From Torpedo marmorata (lineage: Eukaryota): a stretch of DNA of 64,000 nt. The notes under the pieces were generated by a model. The model saw nothing but the letters and a program-made list of their open reading frames with translations. It ran no database searches and was not told the DNA's origin. Both the position numbers and the translations under genes were made by a program. Location of the stretch: positions 81,530,001 through 81,594,000 of the forward strand of contig OZ360222.1 of the NCBI GenBank assembly GCA_977017645.1, written 5' to 3'. This document shows positions 25,954 to 38,599 of the stretch, in pieces. Numbering within the stretch: the stretch's first letter is position 1; each line of letters opens with the position of its first letter.

Positions 25954-27410
25954 GATGTCACGCCACTTTTTAAGAAGTGATGTAGGCAGAAGACTGGGAA
26001 CTATCGGCCAATTAGCTTAACGTCTGTAGTTGGGAAAATGCTTGAAGCTGTCATTAAGGATGAAATAATGAGACATTTAGAACGAAGGGGTTCAATCAGG
26101 CAGACGCAGCATTGGTTTAGGAAGGGCAGATCTTGTTTGACAAACTTGTTAGAGTTCTTTGAGGACATAATGGGTGTGGTAGATAGAGGGGAACAGGTTG
26201 ATGTTGTATATTTTGATTTGCAGAAAGCGTTTGATAAGGTGCCGCACAAGAGACTTATCAGTAAGTTACAGGTGAATGGAGTCCAGGGAAGTATATTGGC
26301 ATGGATTGAGGATTGGTTGTCTGACAGGAGGCAGAGAGTCGGGATAAATGGGTGTTTTCTGATTGGCAGACAGTGGTAAGTGGGGTGCCGCAGGGGTCGG
26401 TGCTGGGCCCACAACTGTTCATCATTTACATTGATGATTTGGAGGAGTGGACAAAATGCGGTGTAGCCAAGTTTGCAGATGATACTAAATTGAGTGAAAG
26501 AGCAAATTGTACTGAGGATGTGGAGAGGCTGCAGAGGGATTATAGTTATGGTAAGTTAGGTGAGTGGGCAAAGGTCTGGCAGATGGAGTACAATGTTAGT
26601 AAGTGTGAGGTTATCCACTTTGGCAAGAAAAATAAAAGAGCAGAGTATTATTTATATGGTGAAAAACTGCAGCATGCTGTTGTGCAGAAGGACTTGGGAG
26701 TGCTTGTGCACGAATCGCAAAAAATTGGGTTGCAGGTGCAGCAGGTTATTAAGAAGGCAAATGGAATATTGGCCTTCATCGCTAGAGGAATTGAATTCAG
26801 GAGCAAGGAGGTAATGTTGCAACTGTACAAGGTACTGGTGAGACCGCACCTGGAGTACTGTGTGCAGTTCTGGTCTCCATATTTGAGGAAGGATGTACTG
26901 GCCTTGGAGGCAGTCCAGAGGAGGTTTGCTAGGTTGATCCCTGAGATGAAGGGGTTGACTTATGATGAAAGATTAAATCGTATGGGATTATACTCGCTCG
27001 AGTTCAGAAGAATGAGAGGAGATGTTATAGAAACATATAGAATTATGAAGGGGATGGATAGGATAGAGGTAGGAAGGTTTTTTTCACTGGCGGGTGAGAC
27101 CAAAACTAGGGGACACAGCCTCAAGATTCGGGGGAGCAGATTTAGGACAGAGATGAGTAAAAACAGTTTTTCCCAGAGAGTGGTGAATTTGTGGAATTCT
27201 CTACCCAGGGAAACGGTTGAGGCTGCTTCATTGAACATATTTAAGGTTCAGTTGGATAGATTTTTACATAAAAAAAGGAATTAGGGGATATGGGGAAAGG
27301 GCAGGTAGGTGGAGTGAGGTCATTGATCAGATCAGCCATTATCTTATTGAATGGCGAAGCAGGCTCGATGGGCCGGTTGGCCTACTCCTGTTCCTACTTT
27401 CTTATGTTCT
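25954..27410 (+). mobile_element. CR1 LINE, 5'-truncated (RT + 3' UTR)
   Basis: ORFs contain NYRPISLTS, GRSCLTNLLEFF, DLQKAFDKVPH, SGVPQGSVLGP, KFADDTKL and LVRPHLEYCVQFWSP. CR1 3' end gggccggttggcctactcctgttcct...ttatgttct. Confidence 0.95.
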
Positions 27411-28207
27411 CAATATTTACCAATTTGCATGATGTTTTTTCAAACCAAATGCCTCTTTATATGAATAAAGTGAAGTTGTTCTCAATGTCAATATCCCACC
27501 ATCCAACAGTTTCAAATATTATTTTAAAACAATTTTTTCCTTTCTGGCATTTCTAAGTCGCCCTATAAATCTGTGGCGTCCACCTCTAATGAGAGCAACG
27601 GGCACTGCCACCACCTGCAAATTGCCCTCCAAATTACACACTTTCCTGACACTGGAGTTAGTTTCATTGTTGCAGGACCTGAACTCTGGAGCTCTCTATG
27701 AAAACAAGTTCACCATGAAGATACAAACATTGTGGCTCTTTGTAAAATTGACTAATCACCACCTTAGACATCAGACATTAGAAGAGATTTGGCCATTCAG
27801 CCCTTTGCGTCTGCTCTGCCATTCAAATCATGGCTGATGTATTTTTCCTTTCAACCCCATTCTCCTACTTTCTCCCCATAATATTTGATGCCCTTTCTAA
27901 TCAAGAACCTATCAACCTCCGCTTTAAATATACCCAATGACTTGGCCTTCACAGCCGTCTGTGGCAACGGATTCTATAGATTCACCATGCTCAGACTGAA
28001 GAAACCTCCTCATCTCTGTTCTAAAGGGACGTCCTTTTATTCTGAAGCTGTACCCTCTGGTCCTAGACACTCCGACGAATGGAAATATCTTCTCCACATC
28101 CACTCTATCCAGCCCTTTCAATATTCGGGATGTTTCAATGAGATCCCCCCACATCCTTCTAAACTCCAGCAAGTGCAGGTCCAGAGCCATCAAACACTAC
28201 TCATATA

Positions 28208-28467
28208 TTTTTTTTAAATTTAGACATACAGCACGGTAACAGGCCATTTCGGCCCACGAGTCCATGCCGCTCAATTTTACACCCAATTAACCTACAACAC
28301 CCGGTACATTTCAAATGGTGGGAGGAAACCGAAGCCCCAGGGGAAAACCCACGCAGACAAGGGGAGAACATATAAACACCTTACAGACAGCGCGGGATTC
28401 AAACCCCAGTCCCGATCGCTGGCGCTGTAAAGGCGTTGCGCTAACCGTTACGCCAACCGTACCACCC
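28208..28467 (-). mobile_element. V-SINE
   Basis: Full-length reverse copy with an (aaattt)-type tail. Confidence 0.9.
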
Positions 28468-28664
28468 ACTCTACAGCCCCTTTAACACTGGCAACCCACT
28501 AAATAAGCGAGTAAGTGACCCGTGTTGCAATACCGGGTGAGCCGTTCACACTGGACCATGAATTCCCTGGTTCATGTTTTAAATCGTGGATCTAAGGGGG
28601 GCCCATCTTCCAGTGGTGATGTCCCGAGTGACGTATTACGTGCTCGCAGGGCAGCAAAATCGTA

Positions 28665-28825
28665 GCGGGAATAAAGCACATACACGCACAATTTATGAAA
28701 GAGCATGGGGAAAAACACGCACAATTTCATAAGACATACGAGCACAATATATAAAAGAGCGTGGGAAAAAACCCGCACAATTTAATAAGACATACGCGCG
28801 CAATGTATAAAAGACCGTGGGAAAA
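28665..28825. repeat. ~58-bp imperfect tandem repeat (about 2.5-3 units) inside the Harbinger element
   Basis: Recurring gcacaattt..taagacatacg..cacaat.tataaaagagc.tggg. Confidence 0.8.
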
Positions 28826-28985
28826 TCTACTGCAGTGGGCTTCAGACTGTTCAAACTTAGGACAAACCCACAGACCAGCTTGTCATTATTCCCTAAACAA
28901 TAGAGTATCACAACTATTTACATAGCATTTACATTGTATGAGGTATTGTAAGTAATCTTGAGATGATTTAAAGCACAGGTATGCG

Positions 28986-29080
28986 CTGACAGCTCCACCG
29001 GCCGTCCTGTGACAGCTCCACCAGCTGCCCTGTGACAGCTCCACCGGCCGCGTGCTGACAGCCCTGCCGGTCGCCCTGTG
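28986..29080. repeat. ~23-bp tandem repeat (about 4 units) inside the Harbinger element
   Basis: tgacagctccaccggccgtcctg-like units. Confidence 0.8.
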
Positions 29081-29734
29081 AAATATAACTACACTGATAT
29101 TAAAACTACCAGACTGACGCACGCACACAGGCACTAACATCACTAATTATACCAGGTTGAGCGGGTTGCCCATTCACATTGGAGCCGAGTCAATTCAGCG
29201 GCAGTGTGAAAGGGGCTTATGTTAACCCTCTAATCCCTGGGATCATTCTCTTGAACCTCCTCTGAACTCTCTCCATCGCCAGCGCATCCTTCCTTACATA
29301 TAGGGCCAAAAGCTGCTCAGAATACTCCAAATATGGTCTGTCCAACGCCTTGTAAAGAGTCAGCATTACATCTTTGCCTTCTCAATGGCACTTAAGAATC
29401 AGAAATAAATGTCCATATCCCACAAATTAAAGAAAATGACACAACCGCATAAGTGTCCATTATGATGGAAGATGTAAGTACTTATTGGATTGAGTTTCTC
29501 TGTAAGTATCTGTGCCTGCTTAATGTAGTGAATAATGTATCCAAAAAAAAGGCTCCGCATCTTAATGGGAAACTGTATTCTGAATTTGGAATATCAGTGA
29601 GAAGATGGGAGCCATATGAACTTTCAGTGTTGGTCTGAGAACCATTACTGGAGTAAGAGAAAAAGAAGAGAAAAATTCCCAGCAGCATCTCCCCTGGCAT
29701 TATCAGTTTCCATGCCATCTACCCCTTCCCTCCT

Positions 29735-30066
29735 CTAGAGGACCTAACAGGGTAGATGCAAGGATGATGGGGTGAATGGATCCAGGGGAGTCATGGTCTC
29801 AATCTCAGGGGGCATCCATTCAGGACTGAGATGAATAGGAATTTATACACCCAAAGAGTAATTCATTTTTGGAATTATCTATCCAAGATGATTATGGAGG
29901 CTCAGATGTTGTATATTCAATGTATAGCTTGATAGATAATTGGATATTAAAGTAATTCAATAATATGGGATTAGTAATGAAGAAAAAAAATCAGTCATTA
30001 TGTTACTGTATGGTGAAGCGGGCAAAAGTGGCCAAATGGCCTACTCCTGCTTTTATTTCTATGCTT
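29735..30066 (+). mobile_element. Decayed CR1 3' end
   Basis: aggactgagatgaataggaattt...ggccaaatggcctactcctgc matches the CR1 at 27140-27410. Confidence 0.7.
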
Positions 30067-31847
30067 TTCTGATGGGCAGCATGATTTCAATGAGTGTGCA
30101 GGCAGATTTGACTCCTCACTGGTGACATGTTGTTGAGGTTGTTTTGTTGATGCTTTTCTATTTCTAGGTCTGCACAACACTGTAGAAACCAAAAATTTAG
30201 AATGCTGAATTAATCATAAAATAAGCCCTGGATGACTAGTATTGTAACTTTTAGCTCACGGGAATAGAACTTTAGATTCCAATCCAGTTTCATAATTTAT
30301 ATTACAAAACTTCATTGAGCCTCTTTGTCAGTATTATTGGGCCAGGCTGATGAATAGTGTAATTTTTAACTGCACTTCACCTTTTCAGTTTTAAAATGGC
30401 TTTGAGAGTTTTCATTAGTAACCCAACTTGTGATCACAGCAAATGAAATCATCAATGTGGCTCTATTGAACGTGGCACCTGATGTAGTGAACTCTGTCCA
30501 GGAAATTCACTCAGCACTGCTCTTGAGCACCAGACCTTAGTCTTACAGTATGTCCTCTTTGCCTTCAGATCATGAGGTGCACTTTATGACAATGACAGCA
30601 TATCAGCAATGTAATGCAGGATCAGTATTATGGAGCACTGAAGAAGTAGAACTAAACAGATCACGATGGAACATGTTGGTGTTTTCTCACTTTATTGCTT
30701 TACTTTCTTTAAAGCTTGCGTGTAACAGTCTTGGCACAAGCACTATCTTGTGTATTAACCTACTTGCTTGGTAATTGTCTTTTGTTTTCAGCTTAGTAAA
30801 TGACTGTCTTTCCCTTGTGCCTTTCCCAATTGATATAAGTGTGCAGAGACAAAAATAATCAGGTTATTAATGTGCACAGCTTTGTGATGCCTTCCTTTTG
30901 CTCCAAGCCTCTTCCAGGATAACAAAAGATTTGTTCATGTTGCATTCGGGCACATTTCCACCACACCGATTCGCCAGTCTATGAGGTCTCATTCGGGTTA
31001 ATGCAACAGCAGTCAGGCGTCTGTGATGAAGCTGTATTGCTGTTCCTGCCAAAGTAATTTCTGAGCAAAAATAAAAGGTTCAAGGCTTGTCAGCATTAGC
31101 AGCTAGATAGCTGCTTAGACCTAATGAGAAATTGGACATTGCTAGACTCTGAGCTATCTTGCCAGAGTCATTTTTCCTGCTTGCCTTTTGTCGAAACGAC
31201 AGAAAGAGATGTTGTTCAATTAAAACCTCTGACCTGTTGTGGGCTCTTGGAGGCAGCCCGTTTCATGCTGGTGATGTGAGTGATTGGCAAAATTTAGACA
31301 GTTTGGAACCATGCAGCATTTTTCTCTATTACTGTTATATTCAAAGCAACAAAAAAAAATTGACACTTCCTGTTAGCTGGATTCCGTGGTGATGCACATT
31401 CCCAGGAGAACTTTGATATAATTAAATTAGGTTTCTTTTGATGTCAATAAATTAAAAGGATAGATTGTCCTTAAGGCAGTGATCCCTCTTGGATTTACTA
31501 TAACTACGAGTGCATGTTTCTCTTTTAACAGTTGGAGTGCTACAAATAATATTGACTTAAAATTACATTGCCATAAATATACATTTATATTGTCTTGTAT
31601 TTTAGTACAAAAGTTAGTATTTTATTGGAAAATAATTGAAGATTGGCAAGAATTTGCTCACATATTTTGAGCATTTGTTTAAAAATTAATTTAAAATGGA
31701 TAAGGTAATGCACATGACGTTGGTTCCTCCTGGTAACAGCAGAAATACTTTAACCATTTCTTTTTCTTTTCTGATATTTTAGCTGTATAATATGTCAACA
31801 TTTGGGTTAAAGTGTGACCATTAGAAACTCTTTCCTTCATCTTTACT

Positions 31848-31977
31848 AGGGGCTCAGGCCTGAAACGTCAGTTATGTATATTTGCCTCCTATGGATGCTG
31901 CAGGACCTGCTGAGTTCCTTCAGCATTTTTGTGTATTTACTACAATCACAGCGTCTGCAGACTTTCTTGTTTCACTC
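31848..31977 (+). mobile_element. Penelope terminal-repeat fragment
   Basis: gggctcaggcctgaaacgtcag...gctgagttccttcagcatt matches 53976-54060. Confidence 0.75.
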
Positions 31978-32469
31978 CACTTTCTTTCACGTCAATGTGC
32001 TTTCATGTTTTGATAAGGAATATCCATCCTGCGTTTTATTGTTATGTTAATCTGTAGCTATGTTCATCCCTTAATAAAATGGAAAACATCACTGAAAATT
32101 TTGTTTAAATCAATGGATTTCTCATAGATGGGGAAGGAATATGCAGAGACATTACCATGTGTAATATTTTGTCATTAAAATGTTTTGTTGAATTTGTTTC
32201 ATGTATGCTGGCAATACATTGATCATGATGCCCCTTAATACTCTCACAATTTTAGATTTGTTTCATCTTTATTGCAGAGATACAGATGCACAAGTAGTTA
32301 TTGAATATTGTCATTAATTGTGCTATTAAATCATATATAAATTGTGGACCAATACCACAGTCTTTGAATAAAAATAATGCAGTATTAATTCAAGCTGTCT
32401 ATCAAGATGAGCCAATAGCTTTAACAACAACAATTTGTATTTTAAAATGCCATTTTCCTTCTTTTTCAG

Positions 32470-32580
32470 GTGTGCGCTTAGATAGGGTGCGTGGTGGACG
32501 GCAGAAGTATAAGCGCAGGATAGATGCAGAGAACAGCCCTTACTTGAACCCTCAATTGGTCCAACCTGCCAAAAAGCCAT
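32470..32580 (+). CDS. ESRRG: ESRRG coding exon (DBD C-terminal extension/hinge), 111 bp
   Basis: Acceptor ctttttcAG and donor GTaagg. Translates (G)[36 protein letters not shown], the ERR-gamma T/A-box and hinge; phase 1 at both ends. Confidence 0.97.
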
Positions 32581-34851
32581 GTAAGGACAAATAATTAATT
32601 TATATTGTATTGTATAGGAGGCTATAAACATATAAAGCTTCAGCATGTTAATTTTCAAACCAGCAAAACAATAGCATGTCTTATCTATTTCAGTGTATTC
32701 ACCCAGCACACACAACCAGTTAAAGAGTTTGCAAACAGATTGAAGTGATGATAGTGCAGAACTAATCCAGTCTCCATTTTATAAATCACCAGTTTGTTTT
32801 TCATCAGTGGTAGCACAATGTACTTTATGAAAAGTGATGTAGTCATGTGGAAGTATTTTGAATTGTCCATATTTTTTTTGCAGTCCAATTAAACAATGCA
32901 TTTCACAGCAGTAATGTTTAAACAGCATTTTTTTAATTACATTTTGAATAGCAAAAAATGTTTTATTTTGTGGTTTTGTTAAGTTCTAAGTCCCTCAGAT
33001 ATATTCATTATGTTTTTATTTGTATCCCTTGACTGTGATCTAAAATTGGGATTTTTCAACAATGTTGAACATTAAACACATCTGCATTGTGTTATTTATT
33101 GAGCCCTGAAGCTGGTCATCATGCTAACCTCATACTAGAATGAAGATTACTGATCTGCATAAGCTGCATATTGCCTTTTTTTAAATCTTTCACCTTTTAT
33201 GATGAGACTTTGCCACCGAGAGAGTAAATGTTACATTTTAGGTGTTGTTCCCTCCCTTTTCTTTTCTTGATTGTTGCAAAAGGTGGTATAAAGTATGGTA
33301 GAAAATTATTAATGTTGCATCATCATTTAAATTGAAAATTTTAATATTTCTTTCAGATTGGCTATATTTTTTATTGCTCAATACTTTAAAATTGCACCCC
33401 TTGTCTGGGTCCTTATATTTATTTTAGCCATGAGAAATATCCAATAATTTCAATGCATGAACTTGTGTTGCTTTTGAGCATAGGTCATGCGCAGCCAATG
33501 GTCAAGACTGGAACTGTTTGTATTTTCCAACATATTCTTTCTATTAAATAATAAATAATTAAGTATAGCTGAAAGCAATTCATGGAATTTCAGATGTTAA
33601 TCGGACCAAAGCTCACACTTTGACAAGGAAGAGCAATATAATATGGTGCGTAATATACCATATTGATGAAACATTGCTCTCACATTTACAGTTCTGTAAG
33701 TCACATTATGTTAGGATTTTGAAATGAAGTCATGCCTAACAAAGTTCAGACTTTTATATAATATCCAAATAACACAATATATTTAGTTCTTTCAATATTA
33801 TACTGACATCATACTTGTTTATTTTTTGATATCTTCAAATAAACCATTAGTTTGCATCTCATATTAAAATTGAATGAAATTAATCCTTTTAAAAATTAAA
33901 AAAGCAAATATATATCATTCGTTTATGCCCCAGCTTTCACAACTCCTGCCTGAAATACAGTAGTGTAATTTTGTGAACCCTGGAGGAAACAATACTAAGT
34001 TAATAAAAGTGAAATATAAAACGTTCACCATTTACTTTGCTAGAGGTGATGCTGTCTTAAATTCCTTCGATTTTATATATCGAACATTTTCAGAGGGACT
34101 AGGAACAGAAATTGAAGTTTTTTTTGAACATATGCACTTCACAATATTTCTTGACAAATTTTAACGAGTGCAGATATGGGCTGGTTCACATCTTAGTATG
34201 ATTTCCCAAGCCACAGTGATATTTTAAAAATCTGGGACCATTTGTAACTTCTGTTTGTCTTTTATATTACTTGACTGAATAGCTCAACTGGTTATATTGA
34301 GCAGGGTGCTACACATCAGAGATACATCCATATTTAATTTGGTGTGCTTGACTATTTGAGACACACCAACAGTATTTTCTTCCCCTTTAAAATTGCTGTG
34401 TTACATCCATTTGTTTTCTTTGTTTTAAATTTATCTTTTCTTTCTACAGTACCTTTAAATTTCAATAGGATTCCAGTGTTTTGTGTATCATATATTTGGA
34501 TAGTCTTAACACTTGACAGTCATTATTTGTTATCTAAAATTATGCTTTTCAGTTAATAAGCAATCTTTAAAAAAAAAACATTTATAAAATACATGGTCAT
34601 TTTTAAAGTTGTGTTAGGAAGTGCAGTTGTGTCTTGATGTAGTCTAAGAGATTTTCTGGCTCCTGATTGATTATTTGTGCATTACAAAGCTGTTCTGATG
34701 AAAATTGGGTTGTATTGATTCTAATTAAGGCAACATTAAATAAGATTTATCAAGAGATACCGCTTGCAGCTACTCAATTCCCTGAGTGATGAGGCTGTCT
34801 AAACTGATGCAAACGTTTCTTGCTTTCTCTTGCCTGGGCTTTCTATTCTAG

Positions 34852-35013
34852 TCAACAAGATTGTCTCGCACTTGCTTGTGGCTGAGCCAGAGAAGATCTA
34901 TGCCATGCCTGATCCCACCGTTCCTGACAGTGACATCAAAGCCCTTACTACACTGTGTGATCTGGCAGACCGAGAGCTGGTAGTCATTATTGGATGGGCG
35001 AAGCATATTCCAG
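34852..35013 (+). CDS. ESRRG: ESRRG coding exon (LBD helices 1-3), 162 bp
   Basis: Acceptor ttctattctAG and donor GTaaaa. Translates (F)[53 protein letters not shown](G). [16 protein letters not shown] is diagnostic of ERR-gamma rather than ERR-beta or alpha. In frame with the preceding exon. Confidence 0.97.
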
Positions 35014-36459
35014 GTAAAAATAAAATAAAAAAATAGGCATACACATTGCAGAAAATGTTACTAAGATAAATAAATATGTCTTTGTTTGAGGCTGAACATT
35101 CGACCAACAAGAAATGACAATTACTTTATTAGCAGCTCTTTCCCCCATGAAAAGCCATCAGCTTTCACTTTTATTTCATGACTGAAATAATGGATTAATG
35201 CACATGTGATTTTATTAAGATTTATGTTGGTTCTTTGTAAAGAAGCAAGGTTTGAAGATTGATTAACACTTTGTGAATCACAGCAATATTCTGCATCAAA
35301 AATTGGAGATCTCTTCTGACAAAATCCCCAGCTGTGTCCCTGCAGAACTTGCATGTGATCATGCTCTCTGGGGAGCTATCAGCTGGATTACCCTTTCCCC
35401 TTGCCTGGATGAACGGCTGCTCTTGCCCAGTGACTCACCATAGACCTGGGTTTTAAGATGACCTGAACCATAAGTAAAGCTCTGTGCCTGAGCTAGTGGT
35501 GTGACTGTCAAATTAAATGACAGTGCACCTTCATCTTCAGTGTCTTATTCTTCCTGGTTTGAAAAGGAAAATACATAAGATGAGAAGGGAAAGTAATGAG
35601 TGCATGCTTAACCCTCTGCAATTTGTTTCTCAGAAGAGGTTTTGGGATGTGGGGAAATGAGATGTGAGAAGGAGGATTTGGAAAACCATGCAACTTACTT
35701 CTGTGGGGTCAGTGGTGCTCTAGGCAAACACTCTCATCTGTAGTCATGGATGTAGCCACATAAATCCTCTTGTTGGGTTATTGTTTCTGGGACTAATTGT
35801 GTGTCACTTTATCCTGCAGGAAAAAGGGAAGTGTGACAGTAAGAGCTGCATATTTTGTTGATTGATATGATTGAATAGCTGGGAATGTTTGCAGCCAATT
35901 GGATGTGGATGTGCATACTGCTAAGTATGTGTGGTTAATACATGATTGTTAGGTCCCGGTCCTGATAGATGGAGATCACCAGTAGAGCGATGGTGTTACA
36001 TGGCATATTGTGCACTGGCCAAGGCTCGTAGTGCATTTGATGGAACATGAATTGAAGAACAGTGACCAATATCATAATGTGTGAGGTCACTGAATGTTTT
36101 GCTTCTCAGTAGACCTTAGAACTTCCCTCCTTGCATTCACCTCCAAAACTATCTTCTCCCACTGCCTTTTTTCGTGCATCTGGATGACCTGCTGATAGAG
36201 ATTAACCTTTGTCCTCTTCATATCTTTCACCAAAATCTCCAGTGAACCACAACATATTTGAACATGTACTCTGCCAAGTTACTCCTTCACCTGTAGAAAT
36301 GTGTAAAGCATGCAGAATGACATTCACTACCAAGTGCAGCCAAGGTCCCCCTCCTTTGAAGAGGTTCAGGCAGAATTTTATCAGCTTTGCAAGGCATGAG
36401 CCAGGACTGATCATTTATAAATCTGGGGTCAATGGTGATGCAACCAAAGAATGATTGGC

Positions 36460-36626
36460 AAAAATAAACAATCTGCTGGAGGAACTCAGCTTGTCAATCA
36501 GCATCAGGGTTTCGACCCGAACTGTTGACCATTCTTTTTCTCCCACTGCTGCTGCTTGATTCACTGAGTTTCTCCAGCAAATCTTTTTTTTCTCCAGATT
36601 CCAGCATCTGCAACCTCTTGTGTATC
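36460..36626. mobile_element. Short non-autonomous Penelope-derived element with inverted arms
   Basis: ctgctggaggaactcag...agggtttcgacccgaac...ctgagtttctccagca. Confidence 0.65.
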
Positions 36627-38599
36627 CATAGTATGATTAGCATTGTGTCCGTGCTAAAATCATTTTAAATGAGCGGGCATCTTAAATTTTCATGGGCACC
36701 CTGTACTTGGATAAAACTTGGGGGCTAATTGCATTTCATGATCCCACTGTCAGTTTCTACCACAATGAAATTTAGCCCCTAAAGTTCTTACTTGAAGTTA
36801 TCCGATAAACAAGGAGTGGATTTATATTACATTTAATATAATCTTGGTTGTTGATTGGTACTTTACTGTATGTCAACTTTAGCCAATGAGTACATAGGTT
36901 TGAGAAGTTAATTCATTGCATAAACATTAAATATTTAGTCATGCCTTGCATTTTTTTGCATCTCTAGTGAAGAGAATTTAGAAATTTGATCCTGAGCTTT
37001 CCAATAATCTCAGCTTTTTATTATGGTGAAAAAAACCTTGACTTTAAAACTAATTTAGGCCTGAGGTTTGTAATATTCAACCTCTAACATCCTTCTTAAA
37101 AGGGAAGTGGAGATAATGGTTGGGCAAAATTAGTCAGTCAATTTAGCGTTTATCTCGATAACAGCTACCTTCTTTCTTAGATGAAGTATGAATAAGAGCA
37201 AGGAGCACTGTTAAACTTACAGCTGAAAAAGACAGTTTAATTTCTTCATTTGTCTCTAAGAAGAGACAAATTTGTGAGCCACGTAGCCTCTGATGAAACA
37301 TTATTTCATGTTGATTGTGAATTAAGAAATAGGGTTTCGATAAAATCTTCTGATGTGGAGAAATCGACCAAAGACATTGCTTTCATTAATTCTGTATCGC
37401 AAAGCATTTAACTCAGCTGTGTCCACAACAGAAGCAAATATTTAAAGAAAATATAAAATGACTTTATCAGCAAATAGAATTAGGCTACCCATGCTAATAA
37501 AGCAGCTGAACAGAAAGCGGGGCATTATGAAATTTGAACAGTCCTTATCTGACAAAGAGCACAATTAAATTAGACTGCACTTGACTTCAGTTATTTTAAC
37601 TTAAAGTGGAATGAGTGGGTACAAGAGACAGAGGCTGTGCCCTAACAGTCCTTTACTATGACAGGGCCCCCACCATTACCATCCTTTTATGTTCTCTGAA
37701 ATTGCCCATGCTTTCTATTCTGGATCGTATCTGTCTGTCTTTTTTTCACTCTCTTTCAATTTTGTATGTGCTTGGATAAGCACGTGCTAACAGAATATGA
37801 TTGAGCTGTAAAATGGAATCCTGTCAGCTTTAATCTCTTTTATGTAGATACTGTGGTACTTCCACACTCTGCTTCATCCAGTCTATTGTGAGACAGAATG
37901 GACTGGGGAGTAATGCAGGCTGAATCAAATATTGCAGCTAGGTGTCACACATACGATAAAAAGATTATCAATACAGCAGTCAGACGTATTGTTAGACTTT
38001 GTGTTGGATTAGAATATTCCACGTTAACAAAATGATGGAGGTGCTTATTCAGTCATTGCTAGCAGCACACACTGTTCTTCATCCCAATATTATAGGATTT
38101 AGTATCACTTCTTTTTCCCTTGTATTAACTTCTTTCAACACAATGAAAATGCAAGAAAACCTCTCACAACTCTAGTATTTAGAGCTTTTATGTTCTCAGA
38201 GTTCTTCCATAGAATCGCCTTAACATTCTTGGAAGTTTTCTACCAGGCTCATTGCATTCACTGTTAAAGAAAACAAAATTCAACCACAGGAAAGGAAAAC
38301 ACTTTTGTTTCACCTGTCATTTGTGAGTTGGATGCTGGATTTCAAGTTAGGATGCAATGCACTAAATTCTGCCTCTTCCCTCAGTTGAAAGCTGGTGTAT
38401 TCTCTGAGTCTGTAGATCGTTTTCTGTAACAACAATTAAGTGATTTGTGTATCACTTTTGGCACCCAGTCCAAATGGGACAGCGAATGAACAGTTTGCAT
38501 TGAGCATGCTTCACACATGTCCACCATGACCTGTTAGATCCAGTCTATGATATTTAAATAGGCCACTAGGAATTGCTCATATAAGGTTGCAAAATATTT

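Larger units (their letters stand above)
28475..29217. mobile_element. Non-autonomous PIF/Harbinger-type DNA element with captured internal modules
   Basis: TIRs AGCCCCTTTAACACTG / CAGTGTGAAAGGGGCT (15/16); 3-bp flanks tac/tat. Confidence 0.75.
27765..29380 (-). mobile_element. CR1 LINE 3' fragment (27765-28207 + 29218-29380)
   Basis: ORF 27924-28193 reads LEFRRMWGDLIETSRILKGLDRVD. The sequence resumes at tatgttaaccc after the inserts. Confidence 0.85.
27590..29430 (+). mobile_element. Old LINE 3' region (CR1/L2-like; 27590-27764 + ~29378-29430), split by the younger nest
   Basis: ccaccacctgcaaattgccctccaa...caccacctt resumes after the nest as ...ttctcaatggca...aataaatg, resembling a chondrichthyan LINE 3' UTR as I recall it. 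Confidence 0.45.

Noticed and set aside
28665-29080. CRISPR-like array
   Set aside because: Eukaryotic intron; the repeats are tandem and degenerate, with no unique spacers and no cas genes.
30470-30560. Possible ancient Deu-domain SINE remnant
   Set aside because: Similarity is too weak to support by eye; it needs an nhmmer search.
1-32469. Upstream zinc-finger exon of ESRRG
   Set aside because: I found no second-zinc-finger (CPATNEC...CQACRF) coding sequence; it presumably lies upstream of the window.
37248-37271. 10-bp stem hairpin atttgtctct-aaga-agagacaaat
   Set aside because: Short and AT-rich; expected by chance in 64 kb.
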